A DNA stretch of 64,000 nt from Lingula anatina (lineage: Eukaryota; Animalia; Brachiopoda): the NCBI GenBank assembly GCA_051362555.1, contig CM120649.1, positions 434,001-498,000 on the forward strand. The letters run 5' to 3'. Below are positions 40,770 to 51,733 of the stretch, piece after piece. The stretch's first letter is position 1; every line of letters starts with the position of its first letter. Below the pieces are notes generated by a model. It did not search any database. It was not told the DNA's origin and saw only the letters and a program-made list of their open reading frames with translations. The position numbers and the translations under genes were made by a program.

Positions 40770-42162
40770 CATTCTCACATAGCTGGTCATAGAGGTTCCA
40801 AAATGTTTTGGGGTCAGAATTCTCGAGGGTTTCAATTTTGTGGAAAATGTGGTTACGAAAGTCGTTTCTTTTTTTATTTAGTAGTTTTGAGTATTGTTTT
40901 TTTTGCCTATTGTATTCTTGTATGAGTTGTTGATTTTGGGGATTTTTTCGAATTTGTCTACTTAGAGATTTGAGTGATTTGGATACTTCCTTGCAGTTGG
41001 TGTCAAACCATTTTTTATTCATTTTACGTTTTTTAGCTTTCTTATTATTGTTCTTTTTAGTGAAACCTGCTTTAGAGGCCAGATTAGTAAGGAGTGTATA
41101 GAAGTTGTTGGTGAGTTGGTCAATGTCCATGTCCTTATTAAGTGAATATGAAGATATGAATTTATTTATTTCTGTCTGGCTATCTGGAGTTTCTAGTGAG
41201 GCTGACCAAATTTGTTTTATGATATTTGACCATTGATAGTTGCTGGGGAGGTCATGTGTTTGGTCTTGTGGCAGACTGTGGTCGGGGTAGTGGCACATAC
41301 CAGTTTTTAGTGAGCAGGAAATCATGCAGTGGATGGACAGTGGAGTTAGAGAGTGTACCCTGAAATATTCCAGGTTACACAATATAGAACTATTACACAG
41401 TAGATAATCATTCACACTTGGGCTTCCCCTATGGCTGAAACAGGTAAAATTACCTTGAGAGTCACCTAGGACTCTTCCATTTGCAATTCTAAGACCACTG
41501 CTTTGACATAATTCTAATAGACTCTTACCATGAGCATCAATTTTGTGCTGATCGAGATTTTTTCTAGTTAAAGCTGAGTCTGAGATATAATCTGAGCCCA
41601 CATTAATGTGCAAGTCACTGTTATCATGCACTATATAGTCCGGTTCAGTGCCAGTTTTCGCATTAAAATCTCCTAGTATAACACAACTACCTAAGGATGA
41701 CAGTTTAACAATATCAGTTTCAATAAGTGAAAAAATATCCTCTCTAGTAGAGCTAAAGTTTGTACCTACAGGGCTAATATAAACATTACATATATACAGA
41801 TCTTGTTCTAAACCAAAGAAATGTTTACAAAGTTTGAACCACATAAATTCAGAGCAGGTGATCTTGAGGAAGGTTACTCCTTGTAGAAGTTCATTTTTAA
41901 TGCCAACAGCTAGACCCCCTGATGCTTTTGGGGACCTGGGGGACCTAGGCCTAAGATTGCACTCGATGTGATATCCTGCAAAAAGTAGATTGTCAGTATT
42001 TTCGCAATGAGTCTCTGACAGGCAGAAAATATCGACTGACTGGAGTAAAGAGTAACATTCCTCAAAATCAAACTTGGAGGTTCTTTCATTAGCAATTCTT
42101 TTGTGTAGACCATCAATATTCCATGAACCGATACGCAGATTCGATTGACTGAAGGATGGCAT
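40756..42162 (-). CDS. LINE ORF2 N-terminal part: AP-endonuclease domain (separated from RT by a +1 frameshift in an A10 run)
   Basis: SWNIDGL, IFCLSET, GGLAV, NVYISP, LGDFNAKTG, NGRV.GD..GNFT, SVNDY and SIHC (SDH position). Confidence 0.9.
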   Translation of the reverse strand: MPSFSQSNLRIGSWNIDGLHKRIANERTSKFDFEECYSLLQSVDIFCLSETHCENTDNLLFAGYHIECNLRPRSPRSPKASGGLAVGIKNELLQGVTFLKITCSEFMWFKLCKHFFGLEQDLYICNVYISPVGTNFSSTREDIFSLIETDIVKLSSLGSCVILGDFNAKTGTEPDYIVHDNSDLHINVGSDYISDSALTRKNLDQHKIDAHGKSLLELCQSSGLRIANGRVLGDSQGNFTCFSHRGSPSVNDYLLCNSSILCNLEYFRVHSLTPLSIHCMISCSLKTGMCHYPDHSLPQDQTHDLPSNYQWSNIIKQIWSASLETPDSQTEINKFISSYSLNKDMDIDQLTNNFYTLLTNLASKAGFTKKNNNKKAKKRKMNKKWFDTNCKEVSKSLKSLSRQIRKNPQNQQLIQEYNRQKKQYSKLLNKKRNDFRNHIFHKIETLENSDPKTFWNLYDQLCENEKKK

Positions 42163-42511
42163 TTACAATATGATGGAGATGGGGATCGGAGAATACAAAG
42201 GGCTATATATAAATATACTATATTTCACCAGCTAACAACATCAATACTGTATGAGCTTAAAAAAAAAAAAAAAAAAAAAAAATGTGTGAGTAAAGAAAAG
42301 TATGAAAGCCTTGGAACACATAATATATATAGAGAGAGCATATATATATATATACAGAACAGTTAATAGGTGAGGTGTAGCTTAATTTTGCATACATAAA
42401 TATTAGTATGTAAGGTACATAAACATGTTACTATACTTAGTGTTCACAGGTATGTGTAAACATACAGGCTATGTTAAACTCACCATAGCACCATACTTTG
42501 GTGGGGAAAAA

Positions 42512-42520
<9 letters not shown>

Positions 42521-42596
<76 letters not shown>
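42521..42596. repeat. (TA)n microsatellite inside the LINE inter-ORF spacer
   Basis: Directly visible. Confidence 0.95.
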
Positions 42597-42601
<5 letters not shown>

Positions 42602-42734
42602 ATAGATAGGTTAATAAATTAGTAAAATAAGATAAAATAAATATATAACATAAATAAATAATATTTTTAACACGACCAGGCATAATCACAGCTTGAGATT
42701 ATTCAAGACAATTAGCTGTGTGCATAATGTTAGT

Positions 42735-43709
42735 TCATTTATTATTCTGAGGTCGATGTGGAGTGTTCCTGGCTCTGTTGGTAAGACGTCTGGGAATGTT
42801 CAGAGAGGTCTCTATTTTGGATCTGAGGTTAGAGGCGAACAAACGCGTACCCTGGTCAGACAGGTGATATCTATCATCAGCCAAAAGGTGGCCTTGAATG
42901 TTTCCATTACGGAGAAAGTTTGAATTGTCGCAGAAATGTAGGTTGGGGGTGTTACTTTTGCTGATTTCCTGTTTGATAAGAGCATTGCAGATCTCAGTTT
43001 TGGTGTTGTGTTCAACGCTATCCCCGCGGGGTGGTCCCAATGAAATCACAACTTGGGTATGTGGGTTCTTGGTTGCTTGTGTGCTGGCAAGCCTAACCAT
43101 GTTGTTTGCTACATTAAACGGGTTATCATTTTTGATGTCATTCGTGATTTGATGCAGTACTAGACAGTCAGCTTTAGCAGAGTGATGTGTGGTGAGGTAG
43201 TTGGCAGCTTCATTAATGGTGTAAGCTCTTTGAATGGGCACATTTGCTTTGGGAACCAGTCTGTTTCTGTCTAGTTTACCAGTGTGAGAGTTTCCTAGTA
43301 TGAGGACTGAAGGTTTCTGCTGGTGAGCGGCAGTAGTCACTTGTGTAGCCACTGGTGTCCTTGGATGGCTGTGCCCGATGGTGGGGGTCAAGGGAGATGG
43401 TGTGGGTTCAGATGAGGAGGCACCGTGTTTTCCTGGGGTTGTTGGTGGTGTTGATGTTGGGCTTGATGTACAGGCAGCCACTGCTTCTGCGTAGTTGAGG
43501 GGCCTCTCTTTTGAGTTCACATTAGTTGGTGGGGTGGACAATTCTTGAAGTCTTTTCTGGACTTGATCAATTTTCTTATGTGCATCTACTAAGCTATTCG
43601 TGTTGCACTGGGCCTCAATTAGATTTTCAAGCTTGTGCTGTGATTGAAGCAGCTTATCTTGTGAGTCAGACAGTTTATCCTGTATTTCGTCTAGCTTTTC
43701 CAACTTCAT
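42735..43709 (-). CDS. LINE ORF1 (N-truncated): coiled coil, Pro/Thr linker and SGNH/GDSL esterase-like domain
   Basis: Heptad-rich N-terminus. Block I VLILGNSH, block III LHQITND, block V DRYHL. Confidence 0.8.
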   Translation of the reverse strand: MKLEKLDEIQDKLSDSQDKLLQSQHKLENLIEAQCNTNSLVDAHKKIDQVQKRLQELSTPPTNVNSKERPLNYAEAVAACTSSPTSTPPTTPGKHGASSSEPTPSPLTPTIGHSHPRTPVATQVTTAAHQQKPSVLILGNSHTGKLDRNRLVPKANVPIQRAYTINEAANYLTTHHSAKADCLVLHQITNDIKNDNPFNVANNMVRLASTQATKNPHTQVVISLGPPRGDSVEHNTKTEICNALIKQEISKSNTPNLHFCDNSNFLRNGNIQGHLLADDRYHLSDQGTRLFASNLRSKIETSLNIPRRLTNRARNTPHRPQNNK

Positions 43710-43930
43710 TAGGGCATCATTAGCTTTGACTTTGCTGAGATCTACAGCTTTCCATAACTCAGTAACCTTAGTGAGAATGTCAGATTTGTGTATGAACGAA
43801 ATTTAAGCTACTTTTTTTTGAACAGTACTATAATAAGTGTTAGTAGTAGTAGTAGTATAGTATAGGACTATAGTGAAGTAGAAGTACACAATACCACTGC
43901 TATGTACACACGCCCTTATATTATCTTAAA

Positions 43931-44104
43931 GGGGGCGTCTCGATAGTCCGAAGGTTCATTGGTCCGAAGGTTCATTGGTCCGAAAAGTGGTAACATTTTC
44001 GTCGATTTTTTAATCAAGGGTTCATTGGTCCGAAGGTTCTATAGTGAACATTCGGACCAATGAACCTTCGGACTATTGAACCTTCGGACTATCGCTACGG
44101 CCCC
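43931..44104. mobile_element. Foldback-like MITE with 16-bp subterminal tandem repeats and 8-bp TSD
   Basis: ATCTTAAA at 43923-43930 and 44105-44112. TIR GGGG.CGT..CGATAGTCCGAAGGTTCA. Repeated CCGAAGGTTCATTGGT units occur in both orientations. Confidence 0.85.
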
Positions 44105-44172
44105 ATCTTAAAATTTACATGATTTTTTTCTCTCCAGGGCTACATGTATGTGTACCACGAGCTGAAGTCAAG

Positions 44173-46254
44173 ATGATACAGAAACTTCTCCCAGAACTGA
44201 CTCTGGTAGGAGTCTTGACAATGACAGTGAGGCGCTCCGCCAAATCCAGGTTACCTCCTGCTATCATATATCCGTCCCGCACATTTCACATCCTCAGTAC
44301 AACAAAGACACGTGATCAGGAACCTAATGGCAAGGAATTCGCAGATGACAAAGGACAAACTGTGCCAAATGTTAAACCTCAGACAGAGAACAATGCTACA
44401 CCAAAGCCTACCCAAATTCTTGACTCCAACAGATTTCAGCCTCCATGGGAAAGTGCTTTGCTTTCTTTACAAGAACTGCAAACAGATGCAGTGAAACCCA
44501 AAGAAACTTTCAAACTGAGGTTAAGGAAAGATTTTAACTTTAGTAAGGAGATGTATCTTAAAGCCCGTAACATTCAGAGTGATGATGAGAAAGAGGTGAG
44601 AAAAAGGTTGAAGCTAATCCTACATTTGTTTATTAATTTAGTTTCACCATGATAATCATTATTATTATATTTCAATACTTGTCAAAAGTCCCCAAGTCAG
44701 GACTGGCTTTAAGGTAAACAAAACTATTTCATGTGTAGTATGGATTATCAGCTTTCCACATGAGCCAATAATCTTTATATTTGAGTTGGGTGGCTTCTAC
44801 ATATGTATATATTTCACTATAAAAGTAACTCTTGATGTTTAAAGGTATAAAAAACACTGAGTCAGGTTGATTATGTGCCTTTGTAAACCAAATGAAATGT
44901 TTCAAAAATATTTAAAACATACCAATTGTATTACAATTGTTGAGTATGATATGCCATTGTATATTCTATATAGTTTTAAATCTAAATAGAATTCTTTCCA
45001 TTTTCATTTCAGTACATAGTGCAAGAATTAACAAAAGGATTTGAACTTATTGTCGACAAAAACCATGAAAGTAATGACAAACCTAACAAGGATAAAGAAA
45101 TTAGCAACAAATTAGACAAACTTCTCAAAATGGGGTGTACCTTGGCTGATATCTTAGAATACCCTTACGTTTTACAGTATGTGAACAGTTCAATAGATGA
45201 CCGCCACGAAAGGCTTCAAAATGCCAACCTCCACGTCCATCCTTTAGGTTTGACTTGGGCCTCAGGGATTACTAAGGCATGCTGTTTGCAGCACTATGCA
45301 GCAATGGGGAACCATACCTCCTTGATGTCGTACTTGGCAGAGAAATTAGGGATCAGTTTGTCTGACATTGTGCCAGAGCATTTTAAACCATTAAAGCCAG
45401 TGGTTGATATGGCTGCCATGGATACAAAGCTTACAATCCTCAGGAGAGCTGGCTGCACTGTAGATTTACTGAAGGCTAAAATTGACCAGGTGAATATGCT
45501 TAAGGTTGACCAAGTGCAGGAATGGTTCAAAAAACACGAGGAAGATTTTAAAACTGCTGGCAATCTACCTGCATTACTGACCGACTTGTTTCCAGTGGAC
45601 TTCATTGAGAACTACTTCAAAATTCCCCATGAAGAGATTCAGCGGCACTGCCGTTATTACAATAAATGTTTGCCTACCACTGCCAGACACAGGATTGATC
45701 TGCCATTTGTCCAGGATGCCCTTCCCGAGGCTGTTCTGGACCAGGGCAGGTCGTTACTGAAAGCAAGTTCTGAGAGGCTTGAGTCAGCTTACCATGGATT
45801 GGTTAGGGAAAGGATCTGGAATAACATCTCCATGAAGGAGGTTTTGTATCAGACACATTACAAACATTTACCAATTATTAAACGGAGTCTTTTTGTTTAT
45901 ATTAAGGAGAATGAGGAATTGTACATACTGCCTGTAGCACCTGCTACTTGGCCTCAGTTTAAAGACAAGTCATATTTAAGGACTGATCGCCCCTCATGGG
46001 AAATACGAGAGAACTTCAGTTATCTGAAATCGAAGGGTTTTAATTTTCGTGACATTGAAGCCTGTCTCTTTATCTTGGATATTCATCCCACCATTTTGTC
46101 CAAGTATGTGGAGGCAGCGCCCTCTAGGGCAGAGCTTCAACCTTACACAAAGTGGGAAAAAACGCCACAAAGATTGCTCAATGCCATCCTTTACTTGAGC
46201 CAAGTGGACAAAAATTTTAGCTGTTTACAAGTTAAAAAGAAAAGCAAGAAATAA
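44173..46254 (+). CDS. mTERF-family (mitochondrial transcription termination factor-like) protein, ~554 aa; exons 44173-44595 and 45013-46254
   Basis: Phase-0 join GAG|GT...AG|TAC. Basic/hydroxyl-rich N-terminus resembling a mitochondrial presequence. mTERF-like helical repeats (LLKMGCTLADILEYPYVL, LRRAGCT, YLKSKGFNFRDIEACLFIL) and a C-terminal LNAILY...NFS reminiscent of invertebrate mTTF/mTerf5-type proteins. AATAAA at ~46289. Confidence 0.7.
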
Positions 46255-46855
46255 TTAAGTAGCAATTGAAATGTTTTTTATTATGTTTAATAAATGTTTA
46301 AAGAATATTTGGAAACGGAAATTGCACCCATATTTCACTTCACATTAGCTGATTTTTTTTTTTTTTAGTTTATTTATAATATGTATTTTTTGTTACATTT
46401 CATGAACTTAAGTATTGTACTTAGACCGAAAAACAATACTGACAGTCAAAAGATTATATTTAAGTGTTGATCTTTTATCATGTGCTTGTAATGTTTCATA
46501 ATGTTATAGTTGTGCTTCCCAGTCCATTCCTTACAGTTCATCTATCATATCATCTGAAGGCAATAAAAATTTTAATAACTGTCATTAAACTGCATACTGT
46601 ATGGATGTTTTCCCTAATCTCTAGCAGGGACAGAGAATTTTCTCATTAGATATTCACAGACATTTTTCTTTATTTTTTGGTTACTTCAAGTGGAAATTTC
46701 TGCAAAATCACCCAGTTTATTCCTAGAAGAGAATGTATTGCCCTATTATACGTAACCATTCTCTGGTAGGAAGCATTCACATCGAGAAGAGCCAAGGTCA
46801 TGTAAGGCCTAAATATGGCAGACCTACATGAAAGGAAGACAGCTTGATCCATTAC

Positions 46856-46982
46856 TGGTCTCTCTGCCTCTCACACGCCTCCCCTCGCGTCGTCCCTGCA
46901 GGGGCACAGTTATTAAATCTTGGCTCAATTCAACCGGTCCAGGGACGACGCGTGGGGAGACGTGTGAGAGGCAGAGAAACCA
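46856..46982. mobile_element. Hairpin MITE (~43-bp arms) with 4-bp TSD TTAC
   Basis: TGGTCTCTCTGCCTCTCACACGCCTCCCCTCGCGTCGTCCCTG / CAGGGACGACGCGTGGGGAGACGTGTGAGAGGCAGAGAAACCA. TTAC at 46852-46855 and 46983-46986. Confidence 0.8.
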
Positions 46983-47149
46983 TTACAGGATTAAGCGGTT
47001 TCTCTTACATGTAGATCCACCATATTTAGTTTGCAACCTTACTAGACCCCGGCTTTTCTCGATGTGAATGCTCCCTAAGTTGGAAGAATTCCGTAAAGAT
47101 TTTTACATGCTTCAAAATATCTAAAATCATTTATTTACAGAAAGGACTT

Positions 47150-47223
<74 letters not shown>
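47150..47223. repeat. (TA)n(GA)n microsatellite
   Basis: Directly visible. Confidence 0.95.
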
Positions 47224-47226
<3 letters not shown>

Positions 47227-47613
47227 TAAACTAAAGATGGGATACAACAGTAGTGAGCTTTTTCCGCAGAATCACAGAATTCCAAGATTTTAAATTCATT
47301 TCTTATAGGAACTAACTGATTACACAGGTCCCTTGCTGGCCTAATGTCATGTGAGTCACAGTTAGTGATAAGTTTTTACTGAGTTTGTGACAAAAGAGCT
47401 TTTAATCTTTAAGTACTCTGAGATGTTTTCAAAAACCCAGGCTCATGTCTGATATTAACAAAAAATTAAGAAAATGAGAAATAAAAGGACATTTAAACAT
47501 TATCTGCAGTGTTAAACAGACACAGCTTCTGAACTACCACACTGCAGGCAAAATTCATCATAAACTTGTCTCCAACTGCATTAGTTCAAATTAATCATCG
47601 ATATCATGGGTGT

Positions 47614-50031
47614 CTATGTATGTTTGTAAGCAACATTTGTTGGCTGAAATGCTACAAACACGGGGTCAGTTGCCGCGTCAACGGCGTCTGCAGTCACCAC
47701 CTCCACCTCGTGTGTGGGCTGTGCAAAGAGCTGATAGAATGCATGCATGTCCTGATCGTCAGTAACGTGGTGGTCGGCTGCACTGTCATGCTGTGCATTC
47801 TTATGATCTTGATGGCCAATGCTTCCTTTCAAATATGTGACACCAATGCCTTGATTGGGCACTATTTTGGAGAGGTTACTGGTATGATGTGTAAAACCCT
47901 TTGTGATTAAGTGTTTAGATTTGTCCAGATCAACATAAAGACACTTCGTCTGATAAGTGTTCCCCCTGCTTTCATAGTTCAACTGGGACCCCCTTGTTGA
48001 TGAAGTGTTGGCAACACCCTTGTTATATTGTTTCCTACTCCTGTTTAATTTGGTCCCACGATTTCTCAAAAGTATTTTATCCTTGTTCTTTTCGTGCATC
48101 AGACTTATGTGGCGTTTCATATTATGCTTGCTATTCGTCAATTTGCCACACTGTGGGCATTCATGTTGAATTCCCGAGTGAATCTCCACCAGATGGCGGC
48201 GTAGGTTTTGTGCTCTTTTAAATGCCCTTCCGCAAAATTCACACGTCAATGGAGCCTCACCCGTGTGAATTCTTTCGTGTTGCACTTTGTCTACTTTTGA
48301 GCTGAATATCTTTTCACAGTACTGACATGCATGTTTTCCTGTTGCTAGGTTACGATGCTTTGTTACATGTGCACGATATGCAGACTCACGATCAAAATGT
48401 TTTCCACAGAAGTCACATAGCAATGAACGTTTTTTATGCACCCTTTTTACATGTTGTTCAAGGGATCTTGGATTGTTAAAAACTTTCTGACACTCATCAC
48501 ATCTATGCTCACCAAAAGGTCCATGATGAATGATTTGATGAGTCTTTAACCCATAAAGAGTTGTGTAAATTTTATCACACTGAACACACTTGAATTCTTT
48601 CCTTTCTGCGTGGCTTTCCAAATGTTCCCTGACCTTGGCCTTGCACTGAAAAACCAGGTCACATAGTGGACACCTTAATTCGCTGTCAGAATGAGCTCTG
48701 CTGTGTTTCTGAAGTTCAACCTCTGTCAAGAACTTCCTGTCACACCTATCACAATCACATTGCTTCAAGTCACACCTGTCACAATCAAATTGCTTTAAAT
48801 CCTCTGATTGTAAATTTTTTAACTGTGTACAGTCCAATTTGCAGCTTTGTGCTGACAAATTAGATTTGGTGGTCTTTCTCTTTGTTTTTTTCCTCGTGTT
48901 TACTCTTGTCCCTCCTTGGGAATATTTAACTGAAGTTTTTCTTTTCCGATTCTGGTTGGGTTTTCTTGTCTGGATCTTGACAGTGGTGTCATTTTTATTT
49001 TGATTTGCCAGTGCTGGTTGTCTTTTTTTAACCTGTCTACTTTTTCTGTGGGTCCTAACATTCCTATCTAAATAGACACACTTTGTTTTATTATTGTCTC
49101 TAGAGTCTAATTCATGTTCTGTTTTTAGTTCTCCATCTTCGCTTTCATGGCCATTTCCAAAGCTGTCTTTTTCTACAGATTCAAAATTAAGTTCATTTTC
49201 ATCATCCAGCAACTCTCTTTTGATTCCCAGCTCACTGTCTTCGTCCTGTTCGCTATTTCCAAAAGTTTCTTTTACTGCACAATGAGATGGTTTCCCAAGT
49301 TCAGAGTTATCACCAAAAATTTTGTTTACTGATGTTTGTTTTTCAGAGTGCCCATTCTCTCTTTCACCTGTGTCTGCTTTTCCATCAATTTTCACTTCAG
49401 TCAGTTCTTTACAAAATTCTGCTCTTTCACTCTGCGTCATTATAGCATTATGATCTTTGTTTTTCCCATCAAAACCTGTTTCTCCACCCTCGCCATCCCT
49501 TGAGACAACATCAGCTAAAGGCTCTGAGAATGTCCTGCATGGGATGCTAAATTTGTAGTTCTCCAGTTGACACAGATTTTGTGAGCACACAGTTAACAGG
49601 TAATGTTTGTAGCTCTGTGCAATCTCCTGACAAATCTGTAGGTAAGCTGCCTTCTGGTCATTATCAAGTCCCTTTAAGCTGATCACCTTGAAGAACAGAT
49701 ATATAAAAGCATCCTGGGACAGATGAACCTCCTTGTCCACCATCTTAATGTGATCTTCTTTAATGGGTAAACCATAATCTGCCAAGATACATTCCATTTT
49801 ATTGATGCTGCAGTCCAAGTCTCCACTGTCTACAACCACATGGCTTTTATGTTTACCAATTCCACAATTACTCTTGAGATTTAATCTCTTTTGACCTTGG
49901 CCTTGACCTGAGAGGTCAAGGTCACCCACAGATATGTTGGTGTCATTGGACTCTGATGTAGTAGTTTTTACTGCTGAAGGGTGTGTTTGGAACTCTGCAT
50001 GATTATCTTGGCCTGGATCTTCACCCTAGGA

Positions 50032-50090
<59 letters not shown>

Positions 50091-50721
50091 GTAGAAAGCT
50101 TATTATTGAAGAAAAGACTTATGTGCTGTATACATACAGGTCCATTTGTAATATAATTTATGCTAACATCAAATGTAATGCCCCCTTAGCAAAATAATAG
50201 GCCTGTCACAAACTTATTGTAAATTTGCTGCAATTTTCCTAAAATTATTTCAGTCTTGAAAAATTGCTACAAATTATCAGCAATAAATTTTTTTCTTGCA
50301 AACTCCTGCATTTTTCCTTGCTGCAAACATTTAGTTTAGGCAGCAAATTTGCTGCAACAAATCTTTTCATTTTGCTTATGGAATTGTTATAAGTTAAACT
50401 GTTAAACAAACTAAATTCATTACAAGATTTCTTATCTCTCTCTCTAAATATAATGACCTGTAGGTGAAATTAAATATTTCTTATAACAATAACCAAATCA
50501 ACTACTCATTATTATTACTATTCTTAATTTTCTTATGCCAGTTTCTATAGAAAATAACCACAATCAACTGCTCACAATTTACAAAATAACCATATATATA
50601 TATATATATAATTGTAAAAGGACCGTACCTGTCCACCCCCTGTCATTGTGGAGAACAACGCCATGCCCTGGGTCACATTAAAGTAAACCTGGTCACCAAT
50701 TATCCTGCATGGCACCGACAT
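47614..50721 (-). CDS. C2H2 zinc-finger protein (8 fingers); coding exons 50721-50629 and 50025-47614
   Basis: Eight CxxC..H..H fingers, including a TGEAP linker. The upstream exon (acceptor before 50733, ATG 50721, CAG|GT at 50629) splices in frame to AG|GGT at 50025. Confidence 0.88.
50033..50090. repeat. (AAT)n microsatellite abutting the ZNF splice acceptor
   Basis: Directly visible. Confidence 0.95.
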
Positions 50722-51093
50722 CCTAAATAATATCTGAAATTAGATCATTTATTTGTTTATTTTATTTGTTCGTTTGTTTGTTTGTTTGTTTAATCAATTG
50801 TTTAATTGTTTATTTAGTAGTGGTACCATGCTACTGGTATGGCAGATGACAAGCGTAATGAGGTCCTTTTCGCACCGTTTTTGACAGGTAGTCAAACCAT
50901 GCTGTAATTACGCCAAGGGAGAGGCGGCGGGGCGCTCCCTCCCGTAAGTGCGTTTCTAACTATTTGGCTTTGGCCCAATCAAAATGAACCAGGTTAACTG
51001 GGAGTGTTGAGTGCAGGGGTTCTTACCAAGCTATTGATGTGTCTATCTGTCAAGATGGACCAATACCGAGAAGCCCTAATAAATAATTAAGGC

Positions 51094-51145
<52 letters not shown>

Positions 51146-51180
51146 GGCACGATGTAATGTTCACTGTTAGTAGATCATGT

Positions 51181-51319
51181 TGTAGTGCCAGGGACAGGTA
51201 GGACCGGCCGGGTAGCTTAGTAGGTAAGAGCACTCGCCCTGTAACAGTGTAAGCGAGGGGTCCCGGTTCGATTCCTGGTCTGGTCGGTGATTTTTCTGCA
51301 CTCACCCCAAATCGCTACA
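51181..51319 (+). mobile_element. Solo LTR containing a tRNA-like sequence (Helenus-like TRIM)
   Basis: TGTAG...CTACA termini with a 4-bp TSD ATGT (51177-51180, 51320-51323). Internal cloverleaf at 51206-51285 with A box TAGCTTAGTAGG and B box GGTTCGATTCC. Confidence 0.75.
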
Positions 51320-51440
51320 ATGTCAACGTTAAGAGCATACTGGTAGTGCTAAATCATTACGATGTAGCGATATATATATAAAAGGAACTGGATGCAGTGT
51401 TTTCAATATCCCGCAATCTCCTGAAATACGTCGAGACAGG

Positions 51441-51719
51441 TAAAGTATTCACTGTGTCTACTTACTGAATTGGTGAGTGATCGCTGTCTATTGTTATGCT
51501 CTTTGATAGAATTGTAGATGGATCGTCAATCTAGACACGTCCGGTACGGAGTGCAGAATATTAGACAATGATCTGTGACAGTTGTGATGTCACAATAGTG
51601 ACGATCTCCTGCAGGGGGCGTGCTGTCCCCACCTGGCCTAGCTCACTCACCTGAGGTGGCCTATCTTGGCACATGAAGAGCAGACCAGGTGGAGGAAGGA
51701 AAAAACTCCGATCACAACA
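51441..51719 (-). repeat. 3' LTR (279 bp)
   Basis: Direct repeat of 62059-62337; reads TGTTG...ACTTTA on the - strand. Confidence 0.97.
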
Positions 51720-51733
51720 TTCCCCCCACTTTT
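51720..51733 (-). other. Polypurine tract
   Basis: AAAAGTGGGGGGAA immediately before the 3' LTR on the - strand. Confidence 0.9.

Larger units (their letters stand above)
38286..43785 (-). mobile_element. 5'-truncated non-LTR retrotransposon (LINE; RTEX/L2/CR1-type with esterase ORF1)
   Basis: ORF1, APE and RT in order on the - strand. 3' end is AATAAA followed by a (CTGAT)n tail at ~38286-38310. The ORF1 frame stays open ~30 codons upstream of the first ATG and then runs into host sequence. The 5' boundary is approximate and no clear TSD was found. Confidence 0.88.

Noticed and set aside
40756-40770. Programmed -1 frameshift at A AAA AAG in LINE ORF2
   Set aside because: The RT frame is +1, not -1, relative to the APE frame. 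A homopolymer indel is the simpler explanation.
38248-43798. TSD or TIR pair around the LINE (CGTTCA...AATCTGACA vs its inverse near 43778-43798)
   Set aside because: Short, gapped inverted match with no direct repeat; may be chance.
51206-51285. Functional tRNA-Thr(TGT) gene
   Set aside because: 15-nt anticodon loop, C instead of U33, a T-stem mismatch and several G-U pairs. It is embedded in a TG..CA unit with a TSD, so it is better explained as a TRIM LTR.
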